A stretch of 64,000 nucleotides of DNA from Octopus bimaculoides (taxonomy: Eukaryota): positions 163,801,425 through 163,865,424 of the forward strand of contig NC_068982.1 in the NCBI RefSeq assembly GCF_001194135.2, given 5' to 3'. Within the stretch, counting starts at the first letter, position 1, and each line of letters opens with the position of its first letter. The position numbers were made by a program, and so were the translations under genes. This document shows positions 1 through 12,692 of this stretch, one piece after another. A model generated the notes under the pieces. The model worked only from the letters and a program-made list of their open reading frames with translations, did not search any database and was not told the DNA's origin.

Positions 1-300
1 ATATGTTTGAGTTAAATATATTCCAGCAACTCCATGTTTCAATTAGATAAGACCCAATGATCCTATCTGTTTATAAGCCAGCCAGTCTATTTCAAAAAGA
101 ATTCCTAGGGAAAATTGGTACCTAACCCAGTTAGGTAAACCATAGTTTGTATCATTAAGTACATTACATAGAATTTCAATGACAAGACATGTAAATACAT
201 GTTGTAGCTATGAACAAAAGGCTTTGGGTTTTGTAGTCCAGTTCCCTTTATTTCTTTTAAGTCACTTTACTTTTGTGGGTTTAATATATTATTGTTGTAA

Positions 301-500
301 GGCAGCGAGCTGGCAGAAATGTTAGCATGCTGGGCGAAATGCTTAGTGGTATTTCGTCTGTCTTTATGTTCTGAGTTCAAATTCGGCCAAGGTTGACTTT
401 GCCTTTCATCCTTTTGGGGTCGATAAATTAAGTACCAGTTGCATACTGAGGTTGATCTCCTCACCCCCCCCTACTTTCACCCCTCTTTCTATCACCCACA
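301..500 (+). mobile_element. SINE, Nin-domain-like family (head GGCAGCGAGCTGGCAGAA)
   Basis: tRNA-like head with GTTCAAAT B-box followed by GACTTTGCCTTTCATCCTTTTGGGGTCGATAAATTAAGTACC; the same core recurs at 12480, 37485 and 47890. The 'Nin-domain' label is from recall. Confidence 0.75.
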
Positions 501-789
501 CTCCACTTTTCTTGTAGTCTCATCATTGTTGCTGCTACTCTCAGTTCCTTCATCATTATTNNNNNNNNNNNNNNNNNNNNNNNNNNNNNNNNNNNNNNNN
601 NNNNNNNNNNNNNNNNNNNNNNNNNNNNNNNNNNNNNNNNNNNNNNNNNNNNNNNNNNNNTCGATAAATTAAGTACCAGTTGCATACTGAGGTTGATCTC
701 CTCACCCCCCTACTTTCACCCCTCTTTCTATCACCCACACTCCACTTTCCTTGTAGTCTCATCATTGTTGCTGCTACTCTCAGTTCCTT

Positions 790-852
790 CATCATTATTA
801 TCATCATCATCATCGTTGTCATCATCATCATCGTTGTCATCATCATCATCGT

Positions 853-893
<41 letters not shown>

Positions 894-900
894 TATCTTT
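790..900. repeat. (CAT)n microsatellite
   Basis: Long CAT/ATC tandem run next to the first gap. Confidence 0.95.
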
Positions 901-1118
901 GTTATCATTAATAGCTATGGTTAAGAAAGCAAAGAAAGTTCACTTTCAGTGTACACCGAAAAGGACACAGACAAAAAAAAAATAAAACAAAAAAATACAA
1001 AAACGAAGAGAAAAAAAAAACAAAACAAAACATAGCTCCTTCCCTGAATGCATTCTTGTCTTTTGCCAAATATCTTCCCATCAACTTTTTCGGACAATCT
1101 TTCTTTAATCTTATTCAG

Positions 1119-1195
1119 TTCTGTCAGCAGCAGCACAGATTCTGCCAAGGAAAACTCCAGTTCATTCTCAGCACAAACAAATTTTCTGGCAGAAT
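1119..1195 (+). CDS. candidate internal exon, unknown host gene
   Basis: Acceptor tttctttaatcttattcag and donor AAT|gtaaga; all three frames open; no homolog recognised. Confidence 0.2.
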
Positions 1196-3091
1196 GTAAG
1201 AAATGTGTGTAAGAAGTGCGATGTAGCATGGTAGTGATATATGAACAATAAGTACAGAAGCCACATTGCAACTGGTGAGAAGCTTTTCTGATTATGGTCT
1301 ATTGGATATGCAATTTTAATGTGCAAGAACTTTTGAGTGCAAGTCGGTTGAGGAAGCGACATTGATCTATGTGTGTAAGAAATGCAATTACACCAGTAAG
1401 GATACAGCATTTTAAAAGTTATAGTATACTTAGTGACATGATTTCAGCAGAAAAAGGTATCTGTGGTTGGGATAATCAAAGGAGATGGCATGGTTGTGTG
1501 CTTAAGAAGTTCACTTTGCAACCATGTAGTTCCAGGTTAGATCTAGCTGTGGTACCCAGTGGGCAAATGTTTTTGTTATTTTTTTCTGTCACAGCCTTGG
1601 TTGATCAATATATCTGACGGAAATTTGGTTTTGACAGAAACTTAGCCTGCTATGTGAATGTATGTTATGTTGTATCATGTGTGTANNNNNNNNNNNNNNN
1701 NNNNNNNNNNNNNNNNNNNNNNNNNNNNNNNNNNNNNNNNNNNNNNNNNNNNNNNNNNNNNNNNNNNNNNNNNNNNNNNNNNNNNNNNNNNNNNNNNNNN
1801 NNNNNNNNNNNNNNNNNNNNNNNNNNNNNNNNNNNNNNNNNNNNNNNNNNNNNNNNNNNNNNNNNNNNNNNNNNNNNNNNNNNNNNNNNNNNNNNNNNNN
1901 NNNNNNNNNNNNNNNNNNNNNNNNNNNNNNNNNNNNNNNNNNNNNNNNNNNNNNNNNNNNNNNNNNNNNNNNNNNNNNNNNNNNNNNNNNNNNNNNNNNN
2001 NNNNNNNNNNNNNNNNNNNNNNNNNNNNNNNNNNNNNNNNNNNNNNNNNNNNNNNNNNNNNNNNNNNNNNNNNNNNNNNNNNNNNNNNNNNNNNNNNNNN
2101 NNNNNNNNNNNNNNNNNNNNNNNNNNNNNNNNNNNNNNNNNNNNNNNNNNNNNNNNNNNNNNNNNNNNNNNNNNNNNNNNNNNNNNNNNNNNNNNNNNNN
2201 NNNNNNNNNNNNNNNNNNNNNNNNNNNNNNNNNNNNNNNNNNNNNNNNNNNNNNNNNNNNNNNNNNNNNNNNNNNNNNNNNNNNNNNNNATCTGTGTGTA
2301 TATATGTGTGTGATTGTGTTATTTTGTGGGTATGTAGTGTGTGTATGTATGTATGCATGCATGAATGTATAGGTATTTCTATTTGCATGTGTTTATGTTG
2401 GTATGTATATATGCATGTATGCATGGATGTATATATGTGTGTGATTGTGTCAGTTTGTGTATATGTATGTGTGTGTATAATTGTATGAATATACTGGTGC
2501 ATTCTTTGAGATTCATTTTTATCCCTTTGAAGAATTCAAGCCAGTCACTCACAAAATGGCATGGCTCTTTTGTTTAAGTTGAAACAATTCCTGATGTTGG
2601 TGTGTATGGGAATAAGTTATAGTGTACATATACATAGGTGCAAGTATTAGATAAATTTGCACTTTTGCTATGGGTGTGTAATTCCTTATTGTGCATGTAA
2701 TTCATTACTGCTTCTGTGCATGTGTGTAGTGTGTGTAGTGTGTATGTGTTCATGTGTATTCCATACACAGGTATGATTCTATGCATATGTTCAATTCAGG
2801 AAACTCAACAAGAAAATCCCTGGCGTATTTTACAAATTTCCACAGTACCATTAATTGTTAGTATTTGAAGAATGGGAATCATTTTGCTTTGTTCTTTCTT
2901 GAGAATCAGCTTGTTGTTATAGAGTCCAGCACACCTATGACAATAGGTACAATTGAGAATATATAGCCTTGATATAAGAGCTATAAAGTTTTTCATGAAT
3001 TGCTGTGTCAGGCAATTGATCTCTACAATAGTGCAGGTTTTTTTGCATTCTGTGTCATAAAGCAATATGTGGTTTCGTGTATGTATGTATG

Positions 3092-3125
<34 letters not shown>

Positions 3126-4744
3126 TGTATGTATGTATATATGTATGTATATATGTATGTATGTATGTATATATGTATGTATGTATGAAACATCAGAACC
3201 ATCACCTTAGAACCATCAGATGCCATGGTGGTTCTAATGTGTAGGTACAGGAGGTGGTCAAACTCTGCATAAGGAGTAGACAACCACCATGCATGCATGC
3301 ATGCATGCATGTATGTATGCCATTATTCAGTTTTATTTCAAGATTTCTTGCTAATAGAGAAAGATTTGGTTTCTAACTTAGATTCAAGGCACCATCATTG
3401 GAATTTCAACATCATCAACAGAGTATTTTTGCATGCATGTGTATATGTGTGCAGTTTTCGAAGTCAGTGCACATGCAAATTTGTATGTTTTGTTTTATAT
3501 ATTCTCATGCACATATTTATATGTCTAGACATATGCATATATACTTAATGGTAAACTTCTGGAAAGTTTTACAAATTTTCGAACCATCATCCTACAGAAT
3601 GTGCTACGGGCCAACTGACCAAGCATATTTGGCGGTGTCAACAATTTAAATACTGATGACTTAATCATGCAGCTGGTTGTACTGGGTTACATGTTACCAG
3701 ATGTCTCTTTATGGTGCTTTCATGTGTCATTCCATCTACTGAGAGTCCTGTGGCAAAGAAAGGATGGTGCCATGTGCAGACCTACCCAATTGGAAGTGTA
3801 TGATTATACAGATCTGGGCTGAATAGTTATCTGAGTTGTCATGGATGGAAAGTCAGAAATGCCATTAACAAGGAAGAAGCACAAAGAGACAACATTCACT
3901 TGAGAAGATGAAGCAATCACCATATGATGTGTATATGGGTATGTATATGTGTGTGTATGCCTGTATGTATCTTTTGCTGTTGTATATTGACAAAAAAATG
4001 TAAACATTAGTAATAAGTGGTGCTCTATGAATGAAATTCTTTGTGTTTCCATAGTTTTCTTTGAGTTACAACCATTCCCTTGTAACTCTCACAGCTAGAA
4101 AAGAAATGAATTGGTGATTGATTCACTGCAAACCTGTAACCATCCATGTCATTGCTCACACATTGTGTTATGAAACCAAAATATTAAATAAGACATGAGA
4201 AGAAATGAACAGGTAAGCTTTGAAAATGCTAAGCCTAATAGAGAATGCAGGAATGAGATAATTGGAGATGTGCTTTGTTAAGTCCAACTATGCTAGGCCA
4301 AGTCACCATTGAAAAGTAGATATTATAATAACAACAACAATGACAATGATGTTGACAGAAGTTGTGGTGGCAGCAGTGAAGGTGACAACAGTAGCAACTA
4401 TGATAATTCTGCATTATTATTTTGGTTCAAACTTCTAAGCTCAATACGACCAAGTTCAAGAAAATCCATTCTTTAACCACTTCATGATGTCATATCTCCA
4501 GATCCAGTTACCCATATTGTTACCATAGAATCAGTTCCTAATCTAATTAGAATATTCTTTATATGTGCATTTATGGGAGACCATTTTATCTCTTGATTCT
4601 TTTCCCAATTCTTCTTGCCTCTTTCTTAGCCTTTCTCTGTCAAATGGAAGTTATTGCAAACAGTCACAGCATTGATAAACATATATCTATATCGCTCTAT
4701 CTGCCTGTCATTATTTAACATCCATTTTTTCATATTGGCATGGG

Positions 4745-4895
4745 TTGCTTCCCAACCACATGGTTCCAGGTTCAGTCCCACTGTGTGGCACCTTCGGCAA
4801 GTGTCTTCTACTATAACTTCAGGCTTGTGAGTGGATTTGGTAGATGAAAACTGAAAGAATATGTTTATATTTGTGTCTGTGTTTGTTCCCCCACC
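4745..4895 (+). mobile_element. tRNA-derived SINE family A, 5' half
   Basis: GCTTCCCAACCACATGGTTCCAGGTTCAGTCCCACTG...GGCAAGTGTCTTCTACTATA...GTGAGTGGATTTGGTAGA, shared with many copies in the window. Confidence 0.85.
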
Positions 4896-4959
4896 ATATA
4901 TTACTTCTACAGCAACGAATCTTTTCTTATCTCTTCTATCATACTGTGATCTCTCAACA

Positions 4960-5222
4960 CCTCACATAAAGCTACCTCTCACTATTTGACTCTCTCTCAG
5001 TCGAAGGAGCAAGTTAACATAGTAACCTCATGAATGCAGATACAACAAAGAACCCCCTATACAGTCTGTAAAGTGGTCAGTGTAAAAAGGAACATCCAGT
5101 TGTAGAAACCATGCAAAAATTGAGACGAAGAGGTAAAATAAGGTCCTCTGATTTGGACCATTGAACCCATGCTAGTATGGAAGACAAACATGTCATGAAT
5201 ATGACAGTGATGCTGATGATGA
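4960..5222 (+). mobile_element. decayed RTE-tail-type element ending in (GAT)n
   Basis: AGGAACATCCAGTTGTAGAAACCATGC core and GATGAT tail. Confidence 0.6.
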
Positions 5223-6816
5223 TATGTTTATATTTAAAGTGTAAATATAGAAACATTGAGTTATAGAAACATTGAGTAATAAAAGTATTGAGTAATATGT
5301 AAATAATGCATCTGAAAACAAATTCAGTTTAAATAACAACTTCTAAAACATTGGATTAAAAATCCCTTAGTTGAGGTAAAAAGTGGAAAACTGATTGTAG
5401 GACTTATACCACTTATTTTTTTGTAACCCAAACAGATATGCTATGAATCACATTAAAACAACCTTTTGACCTTCAGCTATCCAAATTAGACATGTTCATC
5501 TCTAATTTGGATAGCTGAAAGCCAGAAGGTGGTTAATATGTCTGTCTGGATTATAGATGTGTGGTATGTATCCTGCAGGTAATTTCCCTCCTTTTCCTGT
5601 CCAAGGTTTTTTTTTTTTATCTCAATCTCTTCTAAGCTGTCACACACTAAAAATTTTGCATATGGTTTATGGCCAGAATAGCCAACAGTATTCTTGATGC
5701 TTTGGGATAAATATTACTTTAAATTAATTTATATTAATTATGTATCTCAATTATGTAATTACAAAGTTAATGATGTTTTTTAAGTAATGAACCAGCTATT
5801 GAAAGTAATTAAATTATGATCAGTGAAATTGATGCTTTTTGCTGTTTATTCTGAATATACGTTGCTCTTAAGAGTTGTTTTAGCTGATTATGTATACACA
5901 CGCAAGCTTCTTCCACTAGATTCACTGCAATGTTATAACATGTTGGAATTTAATGACCTATTATTTATTTGAACTTTTAATTACCGTGGATGTATTTATT
6001 TATTTTTTTTTTTTACAGTATCACTTTATATAGGTGTATACATACACATATACATAGAGGCAATTATGCAGATAAACAATTTAAATATAACAGCTTGGGT
6101 TTGATATACAATATATATATATATANNNNNNNNNNNNNNNNNNNNNNNNNNNNNNNNNNNNNNNNNNNNNNNNNNNNNNNNNNNNNNNNNNNNNNNNNNN
6201 NNNNNNNNNNNNNNNNNNNNNNNNNNNNNNNNNNNNNNNNNNNNNNNNNNNNNNNNNNNNNNNNNNNNNNNNNNNNNNNNNNNNNNNNNNNNNNNNNNNN
6301 NNNNNNNNNNNNNNNNNNNNNNNNNNNNNNNNNNNNNNNNNNNNNNNNNNNNNNNNNNNNNNNNNNNNNNNNNNNNNNNNNNNNNNNNNNNNNNNNNNNN
6401 NNNNNNNNNNNNNNNNNNNNNNNNNNNNNNNNNNNNNNNNNNNNNNNNNNNNNNNNNNNNNNNNNNNNNNNNNNNNNNNNNNNNNNNNNNNNNNNNNNNN
6501 NNNNNNNNNNNNNNNNNNNNNNNNNNNNNNNNNNNNNNNNNNNNNNNNNNNNNNNNNNNNNNNNNNNNNNNNNNNNNNNNNNNNNNNNNNNNNNNNNNNN
6601 NNNNNNNNNNNNNNNNNNNNNNNNNNNNNNNNNNNNNNNNNNNNNNNNNNNNNNNNNNNNNNNNNNNNNNNNNNNNNNNNNNNNNNNNNNNNNNNNNNNN
6701 NNNNNNNNNNNNNNNNNNNNNNNNNNNNNNNNNNNNNNNNNNNNNNNNNNNNNNNNNNNNNNNNNNNNNNNNNNNNNNNNNNNNNNNNNNNNNNNNNNNN
6801 NNNNNNNNNNNNNNNG

Positions 6817-6850
<34 letters not shown>

Positions 6851-6856
6851 CACACA

Positions 6857-6891
<35 letters not shown>

Positions 6892-7124
6892 TAAAAGAAT
6901 TACATCTAGCAATCAATGGACACATTGGTCCAGTCCTAGCCAAAATCAAAATATTCAGTGTCCTCATTGTGACTTCATAGCAAAGTCCGTATCCGGACTC
7001 AAATTGCATCCATGTATCCATGGTAAATAGATGCAGCTTCTTTTATTTAAAAATTATTTTAAAAATCCTCTCCTTCAACGACTCCCATGATGAAATCAAT
7101 GGGAATGACCATCATATCTAATTA

Positions 7125-7505
7125 CATTCTTTTATTCTTTAACTTGTTTCAGTAATTTTGACTGTGGCCATGCTGGAGTATGCCTTTTTAGTTGAAGAAA
7201 TCGCCCCCTGGACTTATTCTTTATAAGCCTGTTACTTAATCTATCAGTCTCTTTTGCTGAACCGCTAAGTTATAGAAATGTAAACACATCAACATCAGTT
7301 GTTGAAGTGATGGTGGAGGAACAAACACAGACACATACACACAAATATATACATTCGACAGGCTTCTTTCAATTTCTGTCTACGAAATCCATTCACAAAG
7401 CTGTAGTCAGCTTGAGGCTATAGTAGAAGACACTTGCCCAAGGTGCCACACAGTTGGAACTGAACCTGGAACCATGTGGTTTGGAAGCAAGCTTCTTACC
7501 ACACA
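7125..7505 (-). mobile_element. tRNA-derived SINE family A, near full length
   Basis: From ACTTGTTTCAGT..GACTGTGGCCATGCTGGAG tail to GAAGCAAGCTTCTTACCACACAGC head, with internal (CA)n. Confidence 0.9.
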
Positions 7506-7539
7506 GCTACGCCTGCACCTGCACACATATATATGAACT

Positions 7540-7850
7540 GGCACTCCATTGGCTATGATGATGAGGGTTCCAGCTGATCCAGTCAACAGAACAACCTGCT
7601 CATGATATTAACATGTAAGTAGCCGAGCACTCTAGAGACACGTGTTCCCTTAATGTAGTTCACAAAGAGATTCAGTGTAACACAGAGTGAGTAAAGACTA
7701 GCTCCTTTGAAAGACAGGTACAATTCATTTTTGCTGAGTGGACTGGAGTAATGTGAAATAAAGTGTCTTGTTCAAGGACACAACGAGTGGCCAGAAATTG
7801 AACTCATGACCTTACGATTATGGGTTGAATGCCCTAACTACCAAACCATA
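7540..7850 (-). mobile_element. tRNA-derived SINE family C
   Basis: GGCACTCC..GAGGGTTCCAG..TGATCC core, TGTCTTGTTCAAGGACACAAC, and reverse-strand B-box (TTGAACTCATGACC). Confidence 0.85.
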
Positions 7851-7853
7851 TAC

Positions 7854-7905
<52 letters not shown>

Positions 7906-8111
7906 AAACCACCTAAGTTATAAACTCCTTAAACAAGTTTAACCCTTGCCTGAAATTGAATGACTCAATGAAGGGCAATAACACAGTATTATTTTATGAT
8001 ATAACATATAAAACAAAACCTCCATGAATCTTGAATTCTCTAAACCAGTTTAACCTTATGAGATCTGGAATCTCAATGAAGGGCAACTCTGAAATCAAAG
8101 GAAAACAAGAT

Positions 8112-8182
<71 letters not shown>

Positions 8183-8461
8183 CTCAAAGAAATTCCAACT
8201 TCATCTGATTTTCATGTTTTATGTACAATCTTATAAATAATATAATATAAGATTATATAATATAATGAAAGGATAGAATACTAAATGTCCATTCTGATTG
8301 AACTAATACTTTCATGCATTAAACCATGTGATCTTAAGGTTCATAAAGTAGAGGTGACAGTTATGTCTTAGAATTATATTATCTTATATTATATTATTAT
8401 AATTTTGTAAATAAAACATGAAAATCAGACAAACTTGGAATTTCTTTGAGTAATACATTCT

Positions 8462-8800
8462 TCTATTCTTCGGACTCCAGTCTGATTTGGCATGGTTTCT
8501 ACAGCTGGATGCCCTTCCTAACACCAACCACTCTCAGAGTGTAATGGCTGCTTTTACATGCCACTGGCATGGGTGCCATTTGCATGACACCGGTATCTGC
8601 CACAATTGCTATTTTGCTCAGCTTGATGTGTCTTCCCAAACATGACATAATGCCAAAGATCTCAGTCATTGCCTCCGTGAGGTTGAACCCTCGAAAGGAA
8701 CTCAGCCACTTTGCCTATGTGAGGCCCAACGCCTGAAAGGAACTCACCTCTGTGAGGCCCAACGCCTGAAAGGAACTTACCTCTGTGTGGCCCAATGCAT
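8462..8800 (-). mobile_element. RTE LINE 3' end with internal 31-bp tandem duplications
   Basis: TTTCTACAGCTGGATGCCCTTCCTAAC core; repeated CTGTGAGGCCCAACGCCTGAAAGGAACT units. Confidence 0.8.
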
Positions 8801-8801
8801 G

Positions 8802-8965
8802 AGCCTAGATGAGATGCAGTTTGGTTTTGTGCTTAGTAGAAATACTGCTGATGCTCTCTTTCTAATGAAGTAATTGCAGAAGTATTTATCCAAAAGTAAA
8901 TCACTGTACCTGGTATTCATTAATCTAGAGAAATCCTTCAGCAAGTTCCTTTACCCCCTGATCAG
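8802..8965 (+). mobile_element. RTE reverse transcriptase fragment, opposite orientation to the adjacent 3' end
   Basis: Translates to LDEMQFGFVLSRNTADALFLMK*LQKYLSKSKSLYLVFINLEKSF, matching the RT segment at 37950. Confidence 0.8.
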
Positions 8966-9094
8966 GGCTAAGTGTCTTGTCAAATTCCACTGATCCGTCT
9001 TCATCTAATTTATTTCCTTTCTTCCTTTATTTTTCTTGGACAAATGTGGTTAGTAGTAAGTGCTTACTTCAAATTCGTATGAGGGTTGTTGTTG

Positions 9095-9475
9095 TTGGCA
9101 CTCCAGCGCTTACGATGTCGAGGGTTCCAGTTGATCTGATCAATGAAACATCCTGCTCATGAAATTAACGTGCAAGTGGCTGAGCACTCCACAGACACGT
9201 GTACCCTTAACGTAGTTCTCGGGGATATTCAGCATGACACAGTGTGACAAGGCTGGCCCTTTGAAATACAGGTACCACAGAAACAGGAAGTAAGAGTGAG
9301 AGAAAGTTGTGGTGAAAGAGTACAGCAGGGTTCGCCACCATCCCCTGCCGGAGCCTCATGAAGCTTTAGGTGTTTTCGCTCAATAAACACTCACAATGCC
9401 CGATCTGGGAATGGAAACCGCGATCCTATGACCGCGAGTCCGCTGCCCTAACCACTGGGCCATTGTGCCTCCACC
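9095..9475 (-). mobile_element. tRNA-derived SINE family C (well preserved, CpG-retaining)
   Basis: Same core as 7540; head reads as reverse complement of GGAGGCACAATGGCCCAGTGGTTAGGGCAGCGGACTCGCGG. Confidence 0.85.
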
Positions 9476-9710
9476 CTATGAGAGTACTTACCAGCAAAAC
9501 TGCAAAAGTAACCAGCATATTTCTTTTTGTAGTATTCTAAGAAGTTGATTCTGCCATGTACTGTGAAGGAAAAGAATTGCTCAGTGCATGGAACTAAATG
9601 TGTAATTGTCAACATGGTAATGAGATGGTTTTAATAGAAATCAATGAAACATTTGTAAACTAAGCAATAAATGCAATTTGTGAACTCCATTCTCCAATGT
9701 TTTTACATTA

Positions 9711-9745
<35 letters not shown>

Positions 9746-11310
9746 TTACAGTGGACATCTCTCAGTTTCCATCTATTAGATCCACTTGTCAGGCTTTGGT
9801 CAGTAATAGTAAAAGACATTTATCCAAGATGCTGTGCAGCGGAGCTGAACACAAAATGATGCCATTGAGAAGGAGAATTTCTTAACTATGCAGCCATGCT
9901 TGCACCTGTATACATTTATGCATATATAAAGTCACTTACACACACATATGTATATATATGTATATGTTCATACATAAACATATGTATATACATATACATA
10001 TGTATATACATATATATGCACATACATATTGACAATATACTTAAATTCAGACATGCATATACAAATATTTACATATATCCAGATACGTGTTTTTACAAGT
10101 ATACACATATAAACAAACATTTTCGCACCCACATTCATATACACACACCTACAAAAAAAAAAAAACGAAAAAGAAAAATTCCAAATGAAATAAGAAAATT
10201 GAAAGAAGGCAAAGTTTCTAGGGAATTATTCTAACATGGAAAGTTCTCTTTCTTTCATTTTCTCCCCTCATCTTGCTCTTCATTTGGCTCTTTGTGTCTT
10301 TTATTCTGTTCTTACCCTGCTCCTTATCTGGCTCTTTCTGTCTTTTGTTCTCCTTTCACCCTACTACCCATCTGTCTCTCCCTCCCTTCTGCTCTCTCCT
10401 TACCCTGCTCCTTATCTATTCCACTCTTTCTCTTCTGTTGTCTGCTGGTTCTTAAAGATTGATTCTTGGCAACCTGGCAGACATTATCCACTTAGCACTT
10501 TGTGATTCATGAAAACATAGCACCAATCTTTGTACAAATATGTGTATGTATGTGTGACATGTTTGGTTAGACAGAGTTCTAATTAAATAAAAGCAACAGC
10601 TCCGGAATTTGGTTGTAGTTTATTACCTGAGCTGAATAATTAGTTGCTTTATTAAACTTACTCAATTACTTGGCAACTGCAATACTAATATACACACATC
10701 AACGAGTGTGTATATATATATGTGTGTGTGTGTGTTTGTATTTCGTTTGTGTGTGAATAAGTGTATTCACACACATATATATGTGCATGTAAAACTATCT
10801 ATTTATTGGCTCACACATAGACATACATCATGAACATAGAAATCAAAAACATGCACACACACACATGTGCGTGCAACATACATACACACAGACATACACA
10901 CATACACACACAGACACACATACATACACACACACACAAATATATTTATTATAAGTTTAGGTATGGCTATGAAGCTAAGAAGTTAGCTTTGCAATCTCAT
11001 GGTCTTTGGTTCAGTCCCATCTTGGGGAAGTATTTTCTTTTATATCCTCAGGCTGACCAATGCCATATTAGGGAAATTGGTTGCTGGAAACTGTGCAGAA
11101 TCCCATTATATGTATATATATATTTGATGTCAGCACCACATGACTGGCTTCCGTGCTAGTGGAGTGCTAAGAGCACCATCCGAGTGTGATTGTTGCCAGG
11201 GCCGCTGACTGTCCCCCATGCTGGTGGCATGTAAAAAGCACCATTCGAGCATGATCGTTAACAGCATCGCCTTACTGGCACCTGTGCCAGTGGTACGTGA
11301 AAAACAACAA

Positions 11311-11346
<36 letters not shown>

Positions 11347-12479
11347 TTAATATCCTTTGTCCATATAATATAGTACAACATTTCCCAGTTATTAACATGT
11401 TGATGCACAGATGAATCATAGTTAGGGTTAGAACTCCTGACTCTGAATATCCACTTGTTTGGCCAAGTGAACTACCATGCTCATTGTTTTAACATATAAA
11501 TGGCTGAGTAATCCAAGAATATGTGTTCTTTTATGCTTATTCTCAGATGGAATCAGCAAGACTGGGTGTGACAAGGATGGATCCTTGAATTCATCATAAT
11601 CATTGTCATTATCATCATCATCATCATCATTGTTATTGTCATCATTGTTTAATATCATGCTCACTTCTCCATGTTTGCATGGGTTGAATAGCGGTTATTG
11701 AGGCCATTTTTACAGCCAGAAGCCCTTTCTATCGACAATCCCTATCTGGTTCCAAGCAAGTTAAGGATTTCTTCCCATGGCCAGATATGATTTTGTAGAA
11801 TATTAGAAATGAATGACATTCATTTACAACACTCACATGATGCCAAAATATGAAGATACAAACATACATACACTTGCACAAACTTACATACATATATACA
11901 TACATAGTTGGCAACTTAAGAAATAATTAAGATTCAGTTGAATTAGGTACTTAAGTTGAGGTACCAAGTCAATCCAGTATGGTCTGCACAACTCGAAGTT
12001 AGGTGAATAAAAAGCAAATAAGTAACAAGGATGTCCAGGTATCACTGATACCTGGACATCCTTATTACTTATTTGCTTTTTATACATACATATATATATA
12101 TATACATATATAAATAATATGTATATATGAAGTCATAAGAATTCATAAATCTTTGAGAGAACAGGAATAATTCTTGTTTGGAATTGGTTCACAAAAAGCT
12201 ATTAATAATAGCTTGTAAATATTGGGTTGTAAAACCCTTTTGGATAGAAAAAGTTGAAGGCTGCTTGTGGGACTTGAACTCACATCTCTTGTAAACTTGA
12301 CAGGTATTCTCTCACTGTACCAAAGCAATCCTTGAATCTTTCTATACATTTTAGAGACCTTATACTTACCAGGAAGAATTGTATATTGTTGATGTCAATA
12401 ATTAAAAAACTTTTGAGAAAACATGGAATAATTCTCTTTTGGGAATCGGTTCTTGAAAAATGATAGCATGAGAATATTG

Positions 12480-12692
12480 GTTTCAAATTTTAGCACAAAG
12501 CCAGCAATTTTGGGGGAGGGGTAAGTGGATTACATTGACTCCAGTGTTCAACTGGTCCTTATTTTATCGACCCCAAAAGGTTGAAAAGCAAAGTGGACCT
12601 TGGTGGAATTTGAACTCTGAATGTAAAGATGGACAAAATGCCTCTAAGCATTTTGTCCGTTGTGCAAAAGATTCTGCCAACTCACTGCTTTG
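12480..12692 (-). mobile_element. Nin-domain-like SINE flanked by a ~15-bp target-site-like duplication
   Basis: Reverse complement of the 301 core; flanks TAGCATGAGAATATT (about 12463) and TAGCATGTGAATATT (about 12693). Confidence 0.8.

Noticed and set aside
418-800. Near-identical ~140-bp direct repeat (418-560 and 661-800)
   Set aside because: The copies flank a 100-N gap; most likely an unmerged contig overlap or haplotype artefact.
693-911. Poly-His / poly-Ser / poly-Ile ORFs
   Set aside because: Translations of a (CAT)n microsatellite in all frames.
921-1271. 116-aa minus-strand ORF with a helical-looking core (KFVCAENELEFSLAESVLLLTELNKIKERL)
   Set aside because: It has an acceptor but no credible donor and runs into a poly-T tract. 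The opposite strand has better splice sites. Not excluded, but unsupported.
12255-12330. Possible tRNA gene on the minus strand
   Set aside because: A B-box is present but acceptor and anticodon stems do not pair; SINE-like or pseudogene remnant.
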